This document shows, piece after piece, positions 25,148 through 32,000 of a stretch of DNA of 32,000 nt. Every line of letters begins with the position of its first letter. Positions within the stretch are counted from its first letter, which is position 1. The notes below the pieces were generated by a model that saw only the letters and a program-made list of their open reading frames with translations, was not told the DNA's origin and searched no databases. Position numbers and translations under genes: made by a program. Source of the DNA: Candidatus Cloacimonadales bacterium (lineage in GTDB: Bacteria > Cloacimonadota > Cloacimonadia > Cloacimonadales > JAFGVF01). The stretch covers positions 2,786,097 to 2,818,096 of the forward strand of contig OY762964.1 of NCBI GenBank assembly GCA_963667035.1, read 5' to 3'.

Positions 25148-26047
25148 TTATAGATTCATTCCTTGATAAACATCATCTTTGTACAAACGTTCTAACAGCT
25201 TATTTAGCCACAACTTCTTATCTCCATTTATGTTTGTGGCAATTCCGTTTCTTTGTAGATTTGATGTAAAAAGTCTACTGACGGTTTTTTTTAGAGAAAG
25301 CTTCTTCAGAATTTCAATCAGCACGTCAATATACTCATCTATGTTTAACAATTTCACATTCAAATCTGCTAGTTTTGAGCCTTTAAAAGCTACAAGATTA
25401 TGAAACTTAACATCAGTTATAACTCTTTGACTATTGATATATTCGATTGTTAGAAGCATATCATCGTAAGTTTCGTTTGGAATCCCGATTATCAGATGTA
25501 CTCCGGCCGTCAAATTTTTGTCTGCAATTCTTTTTAGTGCATCTTCTACTTGAATAAAGCTATGATTTCTATTGAGAAATATAAGACTTTTATCGTTTAT
25601 AGTTTGTAGCCCAAGCTCTAAATGTACATTAAATTTCTTGCAAAGCTCCAAGAACTGATCTGAGCAATAGTCAGGTCGTGTGGAAACAATTATTCCTTTT
25701 ACTTTTTTTTCGGAATAAACTGTCTCAAACGCTTGTTCTAGTATTTCTAAAGGAACAGCTCCAGTTGTTTCATCCTGAAAATATGCAAGATAACTCAATT
25801 CTTTTCCTACCCCTTTACTAACTTTCCTTATACCGATATCCAATTGCTCTTTTATCGGAATAAAGCTATGATTTTCCGTGAAAGTCGAAGGAAGGCAAAA
25901 GATACATCCGTTTCTTGCTCTGTTTGGGCATTGCAGACCAAGAGATAAACCTACTTTAAAGGTTTTACCGTCGTATTTTCTCTTGGCGTACTCACTCCAA
26001 AGATTTATTCTATATTCGAGTCTTTTCCCCTGTCCTTTAACAAGCAC
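25148..26047 (-). CDS. Radical SAM protein, YhcC/TIGR01212-like family
   Basis: CPNRARNGCIFC cluster, YLAYFQ, VSTRPDY, HLELGLQT, HLIIGIPNE. The track ORF extends to 26167, but that extension is the alternate frame of the upstream gene's Gly/Ser tail. GTG 26047 (or in-frame GTG 26062) is preceded by GGAGGA with a 7-nt spacer. Confidence 0.75.
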   Translation of the reverse strand: MLVKGQGKRLEYRINLWSEYAKRKYDGKTFKVGLSLGLQCPNRARNGCIFCLPSTFTENHSFIPIKEQLDIGIRKVSKGVGKELSYLAYFQDETTGAVPLEILEQAFETVYSEKKVKGIIVSTRPDYCSDQFLELCKKFNVHLELGLQTINDKSLIFLNRNHSFIQVEDALKRIADKNLTAGVHLIIGIPNETYDDMLLTIEYINSQRVITDVKFHNLVAFKGSKLADLNVKLLNIDEYIDVLIEILKKLSLKKTVSRLFTSNLQRNGIATNINGDKKLWLNKLLERLYKDDVYQGMNL

Positions 26048-27713
26048 CTGCAGATCCTCCACCTGCAGATCCTCCACCTGCAGAACCTGAGCTTGAACCT
26101 GATGCACTACCTCTGGAACCAGATAGATGGGATATAAAAATTGCATAGAAAGCTGAGAACTCAGCAAAGTCCTTGAAGTTAAGTTCAGAAAGTATATTCG
26201 GAAGCTCTATTTTCTCTTTTTTACAATATCTTATGAGTTTGTCATTCAGTCCCAAGACTGAAAAATAAGGGAACACATCTTTTACATAATCTTCATCCAC
26301 TACGAGACTCTTATCTCTTATGGAAGATGAGATAAAGTGTTTATAAGCTCTCCATGTTGCTTTCACGTTCTTGCCTTCCGGAGATAAAGTGTTGATGAGA
26401 GAGGCAAACATAAGAGAAAGAAAAGCAGTATCAAATATTAATATAGGTGGTATAAAGCTCCATCCGGTTCCTTTTTCCCACAATATCAACATTGGTATAA
26501 AGAGGATTATGGAAAAAATCAATGTTATGGAAGAAAGAATAAGCTTTCTATTTAATGTTTTTGTCAGCTCTTCATATCCAAGTCCTTCATTAAAAAACTC
26601 TTCGTGAAGCAGTTTTCCAAGAGTCGCCTTGCTATCCTGAGTCATTAGTTTCACAGTGGAAAGTAGAGGTTTCTGTTTCTCTTCTTTCAGTTTCCTGAGC
26701 TTATCAACAAACTCCATATCAATAGTGTTATCAAGTTTGATTGATTCAACAATATGCCAATCGTAGTCTTTCTTAAATGCTGATTTTATCTGACCATCCA
26801 CAACAACAACCTTCTTCCAAATCAAGTTTAGGAGTTCTCCTCCATAATTATATTCTCTGGATGTCGGGTAATAGATAGTTTTCCATATTAAAAGGGGGTG
26901 AATACTCTCAGGTAAGTCTTGTGATTCATAAGGTAGTTTCTTGTCTCTGTATACAACTAATGCAAGAACAGTAAAGACTGATCCGAGAATTAATATCACT
27001 GAACCGAAACCCAAGATTGCATAAAGAGTAGTAAACTCAGACTGGATTAGTTTTATTTTGCCATGCTCCGATTGAGGTAAATGAATAACTTCTTGTGGTA
27101 AATCCAGATTGACTGTGAAGTTCTTTTCTTTTAAATTATTAAATGAGTATATGTAGTTTTTACCATCTTCCGATAGTACAGGATTAAACCTTTTGTTACC
27201 CTTGGTACTAATTCTAGTGTGATCAGATTGGTTGATAATCTTTACTGTCCCTTTTTTAATAATGAAATCATATTCGTCCGGTAACGGTGTCCAACTGAGA
27301 ATAACGGTATCATCTTTAATTATATAAGGTTTGTTAATTAGATAACGCCATACAACAGTTGTTTTTCTATCGTAATAATCGGATAGAAAAACAGCCATCT
27401 CTAAGTCTTTTTTATCTTTAACTTCACATAATTGCGGATTATTAGGATTTAAAAACTCTCCATCATGAATAATCTCAATAAACCTTATCCCATCACTATG
27501 CTTATCTGGAACCTCTCTGTATAGTTTTCGAAAAGGACCACCCTCTAAATTATATGTCCATTCCTCTTCAATAAGTAAATCGCCGCTTGGCTTTAACTCC
27601 GCTTGTATTTTTAAGTTCTCAATATCGTAAGATTTAGCGTAAACTGAAGCTAATGTCATCAACGTAAGTAGTAATGGTAGTATTTTTTTCATAAACACCT
27701 CCTTTATTTTCAT
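26037..27713 (-). CDS. DUF2207-like membrane protein with Gly/Ser-rich C-terminal tail
   Basis: Signal peptide, then an N-terminal ectodomain beginning KSYDIENLKIQAELKPSGDLLIEEEWTYNLEGGPFRKLYREVP. One TM is followed by a long loop and 3 more TMs. The C-terminus GSRGSASGSSSGSAGGGSAGGGSAGAC is typical of DUF2207 proteins. Confidence 0.6.
   Translation of the reverse strand: MKIKEVFMKKILPLLLTLMTLASVYAKSYDIENLKIQAELKPSGDLLIEEEWTYNLEGGPFRKLYREVPDKHSDGIRFIEIIHDGEFLNPNNPQLCEVKDKKDLEMAVFLSDYYDRKTTVVWRYLINKPYIIKDDTVILSWTPLPDEYDFIIKKGTVKIINQSDHTRISTKGNKRFNPVLSEDGKNYIYSFNNLKEKNFTVNLDLPQEVIHLPQSEHGKIKLIQSEFTTLYAILGFGSVILILGSVFTVLALVVYRDKKLPYESQDLPESIHPLLIWKTIYYPTSREYNYGGELLNLIWKKVVVVDGQIKSAFKKDYDWHIVESIKLDNTIDMEFVDKLRKLKEEKQKPLLSTVKLMTQDSKATLGKLLHEEFFNEGLGYEELTKTLNRKLILSSITLIFSIILFIPMLILWEKGTGWSFIPPILIFDTAFLSLMFASLINTLSPEGKNVKATWRAYKHFISSSIRDKSLVVDEDYVKDVFPYFSVLGLNDKLIRYCKKEKIELPNILSELNFKDFAEFSAFYAIFISHLSGSRGSASGSSSGSAGGGSAGGGSAGAC
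26045..26089. repeat. 15-bp tandem repeat x3 (cacctgcagatcctc), coding
   Basis: 26045..26059 and 26060..26074 are identical. 26075..26089 has 2 mismatches. On the minus strand the repeat encodes the (GGSAG)n tail of the DUF2207-like protein. Confidence 0.85.
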
Positions 27714-27938
27714 TACTTCATTACTTCATCACAATAGTAATGTCAAGTTCAAACAGAATTTTAATGTGTTAAGATTATGGTATATCATATAAGTACATTG
27801 AAACCTAATATAATTAGCTAATCTATAGCAGATTTTGTTATGTAAAATTGCTTATTATTTGTCTCTATGCTCTGTCACAATTGATAAATGTAACATAAGA
27901 ATTGATTCAGAATTACATGTCCATTTCTTGATAATTTG

Positions 27939-27967
27939 CTCAAGTGTTACTCAAGTGTTACTCAAGG
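27939..27967. repeat. 11-bp tandem repeat (ctcaagtgtta x2 plus partial copy), related to the repeat at 1780..1813
   Basis: 27939..27949 and 27950..27960 are identical and 27961..27967 is partial. Its reverse complement is (cacTTGAGTAA)n, compared with (gtgTTGAGTAA)n at 1780..1801. Confidence 0.9.
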
Positions 27968-28262
27968 AATTCTCAGGTTATGAACAGGAATTGTAATAGA
28001 GTAAACAAAGTGTAATGTTTCTGCCATAATTTAGATAGTATTAAGACAGCAACCGGATTGTTAAAAGGGTATCTAAGGTTAATGTAACAGTTGATCTATA
28101 AATCAATGTTAGCATTTTACCTGCATAAAATCTAAAATAAGGAAAGAATTGGTAAGCTGTTTATTCAATAACTGAGAATTGAATAAGATTGCATTTTAAT
28201 CAAGTAAAATGCTTTGAGTTATCTGAATAAGTCAATAGGCTAGAGGTAAAGATTATTTTTAT

Positions 28263-28291
28263 TTGACATAAGATTTTAGAATTCTTTAAAT
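28263..28291 (+). promoter_or_regulatory. Candidate sigma70-type promoter for the giant surface-protein gene
   Basis: TTGACA (28263..28268), a 17-nt spacer, then TTAAAT (28286..28291). It would give a ~155-nt leader containing hairpins (aacctgc 28304..28310 / gcaggtt 28334..28340). Confidence 0.3.
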
Positions 28292-28453
28292 TGCATCAGT
28301 GCTAACCTGCTAAAAGAGGTAGGATGCTTTATTGCAGGTTATCATGGGAAGCAGTATGATATTGATAATTTTAAAAAGTAAAGGGGACTAAAGCTTTTTA
28401 AGCTTTAATTATCATTGAATAACATTTACTAATTCCATACAAGGAGTTTCCGA

Positions 28454-31400
28454 ATGAAACAATTAACAATTATTGTGTTAATGTTTCTGGCTCTGAGCAG
28501 TTTGATAGCTGTAACAGAAACAGAACCAAACAACACATGGAACGCTACAGGCGTTCTCACAATTATTGATGGCGATCATGACGGTAGCATTAGCAGCAAT
28601 GATCACGATTATTGGAAGTTCTGGTCAGTTGCAGGGGATAACTTAGATATCAACTGCCTAAACACTTCTACTTCTTTCGACACTTATTTATATCTTTACG
28701 ATTCTACCGGAACTAATCAGTTAGCATCAAACGATGATGCCGGTGGAACAGCTCAATCTCAAATCATTTTCACAACTGTAACAACCGGATGGCATTACAT
28801 CGATATGAGAGGTTATTCTGCAACATCAATAGGTTCATACTTGATGACATTAAGCGGATCAACCCCTAATGACCCTAACATGCCAGGCTTACCTCATACT
28901 CCAACACCGGCACATAATGAGCTGAATGTTGTGATTACCAATAATGTTCTATCTTGGCAATGGGGTGCTAACACAGAAACCTATGATTTGTATTTCGGAG
29001 CTAACGCTCTGCCGGCAACTCCGACTGTGGCTGATGCTGTTGCGGATACTGTTAACGGAAATACGTTCAACGCAGGTCAGCTGGAATATGCCACAACTTA
29101 TTACTGGCAGATTGTTGCTAAAAATGCAAACAGTATTTATACAAACACAGCAACATGGTCCTTCCAAACCGAGCTTGGAGCAAGCACTATTCAAATCGGT
29201 GACGGAACAGTAGTAGATCAGCATACTCCTATCGAACCTTATAGTGAATATACTTACTCCCAGGTAATATATCTTCAGTCTGAAATCAATATGCCAACTC
29301 AAAGAATTGAAAAAGTGTATTATCATTATACTGGCAATGGAACACTTACAAGTAGTTTAGATTGGACTATTTATATGGGACACACAAATCAGACTTCTTT
29401 TATGGGAACTGATAGTTGGATTCCATCAAGTTCGTTAACTACAGTATTCGATGGTACCCTCACAACTCCAATGGGTGAAGGGTGGATTGAGATTAACCTC
29501 CAAACTCCATTTGTATATAACAACTCAGACAATCTCGTTATAGCCATAATGGAAGACACTCCAGGCAGAGCTACAACAAATGAAGACTTCTATTGCGAAA
29601 CCACTTTAGCTACAAGAAGTTTAACTTATTATGATAATACAAATGCTCCTGACCCAATGAATTTACCAACAGGTGAATTAATGAGTAGTATCCCGGAAAC
29701 CAGACTTTTCTTTGGTAATTTACCTACTACTCCTGAATTATCTTATTTCCCTGCTTCATGGGATTTCGGTACAATATTCTGTGACCAAGCTTCTAATCCT
29801 ACATTATGTACTGCACAAAATACAGGAACCGGTATTTTAAATGTTCAATCTATAAGCATTAACGATGCAACAAACTTTACTTTAGTAGATAATAATACGT
29901 ATCCTATGTCATTAGACTCTGCAGAAAGCATGAATTTTGAAGTAATATTCAATCCGGAAGATGAAGGACAGTTGTCTGCAACCGTATCTATTACTGATGA
30001 TTTACGTCAGGTTCATACAATGACATTTACAGGTGAAGGATACTATGCAACTATAGATGCCTTCCCATTCTCTGAAACATTTGAAAGTGCAACTGTGCCT
30101 ACCGACTGGACTATTGACCCTGTAGTTGCAAGTGATAGCTGGGAAGTAGCAAGTAGTAACATAGGTGACCATGGAGCCAGTACTGATGCTTCAGGTACAG
30201 GTGGCTATTGGATGGTTGTAGATGACTCTACACCTGAAACAGTACCATCACACTTATACACTCCTCCTTTTGATTTTACTAACTTATCAAACCCACTGTT
30301 AACATTCAATTATTGGATTGGTGATGATACCAATACATCAACACTTAATATTGATATTATATCTGGTGGAGTAGTCACCTCTGATGTTGCTATAGTACAA
30401 GAACCTAACGGCTCAACAGCATGGACTTATACAGAAGTTTCTCTAGCTACTTTTGCCGGTCAGAATATCATGATTGATTTCAGAGCTATGGAGTCAGAAA
30501 GTTTCTATGGAGATATTTGTATTGATGATGTTAGTATTTATGATAATTCACTTCCTCCTGCAGCAACTACTTTAATAGCTCCTACAGATACAGAAACGGG
30601 TGTTCCAATGACAGGAACATTAGATTGGAACTTTGCTCAAGGAGCTTCGGGATACTATGTTAATCTTGGAACCGATAATCCTCCATCAAATGTTTATAAC
30701 ATGAGTGATGCCGGTAATAACACTGACGTCAACTATTCAGCATTAACTGCAGGTACAACTTATTATTGGCAGGTAATACCTTACAATATTAACGGTCAAA
30801 CACCTAACTGTCCCGTATGGTCATTTACAACCTTTAATGATATTCCAAATGCAGCAACTACACTATCTCCGCTAGATGGAGCTACATATCAAAGCAGTTA
30901 TCCTACATTTGTATGGGAGAGTGGTGGTAATTTCCCTGACGGTTATAAACTTAATTTGGGAACAGACAACCCTCCAACAAATGTATATCTTAATCATGAT
31001 TTAGGATTTGTTACGACTTATGTAAGTGAAACCGAACTAGCTCCCGAGACAACTTACTTTTGGCAAATAGTTCCCTATAACTTCGTAGGTGATGCTCTAA
31101 ACTGCCCTATATGGAGCTTTATGACTGCTCCTGAAGGATTAGTTGTTGTTGGTAACGGGACAGAGATTAATCAACACCTTCCAATTGAACCATATTATGG
31201 GTATTCATACTCTCAGACAATCTATCAACAGAATGAGCTCAATGTACCAAATCAAAGAATAGAAAGTATACTTTATTACTACAATGGTGCAAACACTCTG
31301 GCTAACTGCTATGATTGGATTATTTACATGACCCATACAACAGAAACTGAGTTCAGTAATAGTACATCTTGGATTCCTATTAATCAGTTTACTGAAGTTT

Positions 31401-32000
31401 TTAATGCTACTATCCAACCTCCAAATGGAGAAGGATGGATTGAGTTCATTTTAGAAACACCATTTATTTATAACAATACTGACAATCTTGTTATAGCAGT
31501 GGAAGAAAACATGCCTAATTTCGGTACAACTAATGAGGAATTCTACTGTTCAGCTACTTCTAATTCTAGAAGTATCTATTATTATAGTGACAGTACCAAT
31601 CCTGACCCAACAGCTCCTCCGGCAGGCAATCTTCTATCTATGATTCCTAATACTATGTTCTATTTTGACGATTTACCAGTAGGACCGGAACTATTTTACC
31701 GTCCAATGCATCATAACTATGGAACTGTTTATACGAACACTCAATCAGATCCTGTTACATTTACATTACAGAATACAGGTATAGGAACTTTAGTTATCAA
31801 TTCATTAGGTCTTGCAAACACTACTGATTTTGATTTAACTGATAACAATACTTATCCTGTTAGCTTAAACACATCTGAAACAATCACTATCGATGTAGTT
31901 TTTAATCCTACAGTTCAAGGGTTGATATCAAGTTCAATTGATGTAACAATGCCTGATAGTGTAGCTCATATTCCAATTTCAGGAACTGGTTTCGATCAAA
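28454..32000 (+). CDS. Giant modular secreted surface protein, partial (continues beyond window end): PPC domain, Fn3-like domains, unassigned beta-sandwich domain, ASH/choice-of-anchor-D-like and MAM/choice-of-anchor-J-like domains
   Basis: Absent from the ORF track because no stop is reached. AAGGAG (28441..28446) precedes ATG 28454. Manual translation gives 1182 uninterrupted codons: MKQLTIIVLMFLALSSLIAV; PPC-like ETEPNNTWNATG..DHDYWKFW..DTYLYLYDSTGTNQLASNDD; Fn3-like units ending YYWQ(I/V)..WSF(Q/T)T; MAM-like FSETFESATVPTDWTI..GDICIDDVSIYD. Confidence 0.85.
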   Translation, partial: MKQLTIIVLMFLALSSLIAVTETEPNNTWNATGVLTIIDGDHDGSISSNDHDYWKFWSVAGDNLDINCLNTSTSFDTYLYLYDSTGTNQLASNDDAGGTAQSQIIFTTVTTGWHYIDMRGYSATSIGSYLMTLSGSTPNDPNMPGLPHTPTPAHNELNVVITNNVLSWQWGANTETYDLYFGANALPATPTVADAVADTVNGNTFNAGQLEYATTYYWQIVAKNANSIYTNTATWSFQTELGASTIQIGDGTVVDQHTPIEPYSEYTYSQVIYLQSEINMPTQRIEKVYYHYTGNGTLTSSLDWTIYMGHTNQTSFMGTDSWIPSSSLTTVFDGTLTTPMGEGWIEINLQTPFVYNNSDNLVIAIMEDTPGRATTNEDFYCETTLATRSLTYYDNTNAPDPMNLPTGELMSSIPETRLFFGNLPTTPELSYFPASWDFGTIFCDQASNPTLCTAQNTGTGILNVQSISINDATNFTLVDNNTYPMSLDSAESMNFEVIFNPEDEGQLSATVSITDDLRQVHTMTFTGEGYYATIDAFPFSETFESATVPTDWTIDPVVASDSWEVASSNIGDHGASTDASGTGGYWMVVDDSTPETVPSHLYTPPFDFTNLSNPLLTFNYWIGDDTNTSTLNIDIISGGVVTSDVAIVQEPNGSTAWTYTEVSLATFAGQNIMIDFRAMESESFYGDICIDDVSIYDNSLPPAATTLIAPTDTETGVPMTGTLDWNFAQGASGYYVNLGTDNPPSNVYNMSDAGNNTDVNYSALTAGTTYYWQVIPYNINGQTPNCPVWSFTTFNDIPNAATTLSPLDGATYQSSYPTFVWESGGNFPDGYKLNLGTDNPPTNVYLNHDLGFVTTYVSETELAPETTYFWQIVPYNFVGDALNCPIWSFMTAPEGLVVVGNGTEINQHLPIEPYYGYSYSQTIYQQNELNVPNQRIESILYYYNGANTLANCYDWIIYMTHTTETEFSNSTSWIPINQFTEVFNATIQPPNGEGWIEFILETPFIYNNTDNLVIAVEENMPNFGTTNEEFYCSATSNSRSIYYYSDSTNPDPTAPPAGNLLSMIPNTMFYFDDLPVGPELFYRPMHHNYGTVYTNTQSDPVTFTLQNTGIGTLVINSLGLANTTDFDLTDNNTYPVSLNTSETITIDVVFNPTVQGLISSSIDVTMPDSVAHIPISGTGFDQ
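29188..30047 (+). repeat. Supermodule copy 1 (unassigned 'IEPY' domain + ASH-like domain) within the giant protein
   Basis: IQIGDGTVVDQHTPIEPYSEYTYSQVIYLQSEINMPTQRIEKVYYHY..GEGWIEINLQTPFVYNNSDNLVIAIMED..EDFYC.., then WDFGTIF..QNTGTGILNVQSISINDATNFTLVDNNTYPMSL. Confidence 0.7.
31141..32000 (+). repeat. Supermodule copy 2 (same domain order, about 1953 nt downstream of copy 1), truncated by window end
   Basis: VVVGNGTEINQHLPIEPYYGYSYSQTIYQQNELNVPNQRIESILYYY..GEGWIEFILETPFIYNNTDNLVIAVEEN..EEFYC.., then HNYGTVY..QNTGIGTLVINSLGLANTTDFDLTDNNTYPVSL. Confidence 0.7.

Noticed and set aside
26048-26167. N-terminal 40 aa of the 339-aa track ORF (MLSSQLSMQF..VEDLQVEDLQV).
   Set aside because: It overlaps the 3' end of the DUF2207-like gene in another frame, and its repeat pattern mirrors the (GGSAG)n-coding repeat. 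The homologous family is ~300 aa and begins near the region just downstream of GTG 26047.
1780-27967. Inverted 11-bp repeat arrays as the ends of a ~26-kb mobile or invertible element.
   Set aside because: No transposase, integrase or invertase gene, target-site duplication or tRNA attachment site is visible. The similarity is limited to an 8-mer core. A regulatory-site explanation is simpler.
28344-28391. 15-codon mini-ORF in the leader of the giant gene, considered as a real small protein gene.
   Set aside because: It has no convincing Shine-Dalgarno sequence and is too short to assess. I kept it only as a possible leader element within the intergenic finding.
2252-31417. About 30 short track ORFs of 60-125 aa. 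Examples: 112..348, 1082..1273, 2252..2527, 3956..4189, 4269..4481, 4541..4789, 5258..5440, 5896..6132, 8233..8481, 9289..9633, 10947..11171, 12520..12882, 14180..14398, 16363..16731, 18130..18758, 20096..20326, 21649..21855, 22340..23170, 24229..24837, 25179..25403, 25878..26090, 26371..26607, 28944..29326, 31205..31417.
   Set aside because: All are embedded in, or antisense to, long ORFs with clear domain content. Their translations are low-complexity with Ile/Leu/Ser/Phe-rich composition typical of shadow frames in AT-rich DNA, and they lack RBS support.
1-32000. Possible alternative genetic code, suggested by the apparent lack of ORFs at both ends of the track.
   Set aside because: Standard-code manual translation gives uninterrupted, domain-coherent frames at both edges. 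All interior genes end at ordinary stops, with TAA, TAG and TGA all in use.

Overview
AT-rich (roughly one-third G+C by eye), gene-dense bacterial chromosomal window. It looks like the FCB superphylum: a T9SS-type C-terminal sorting domain, a PorV/PorQ-like barrel and giant modular surface proteins. I support 19 protein-coding genes. Two of them are long ORFs that run off the window edges and are missing from the supplied ORF track: 1..1535 minus (CHASE2-cyclase) and 28454..32000 plus (giant surface protein). I found both by manual translation in the standard code. I saw no rRNA, tRNA, CRISPR array, transposase or integrase. The centrepiece is a tightly packed, translationally coupled seven-gene plus-strand operon (12500..20491). 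It opens with a membrane-anchored protein whose periplasmic part resembles the FliF RBM3 ring-building motif and whose cytoplasmic part is a clear FliG middle plus C-terminal (torque) domain. A PomA/MotA-like and a MotB-like stator pair follow, then an ExeA/GspA-like AAA ATPase, a Wzc-like co-polymerase/tyrosine kinase, an SLBB+LCP-like protein and a Wza-like exporter. The operon is transcribed divergently from a 1553-aa adhesin (7 FG-GAP blades, 9 Ig-like repeats, T9SS type-B-like CTD) and a PorV/PorQ-like beta-barrel-TPR protein. No other flagellar gene is in the window. My leading hypothesis, which is inference only, is a previously undescribed non-flagellar ion-driven rotor-stator machine coupled to envelope export, adhesion or surface motility. 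Other items: a 1104-aa internally duplicated CPBP protease with PepSY-like ectodomains; a phased 11-bp tandem repeat present in two intergenic regions; a long-range inverted repeat enclosing one of those repeats; and a 15-bp coding repeat that also supplies SD+GTG start signals for the next gene. All family calls rest on motif recognition by eye. No searches were run.
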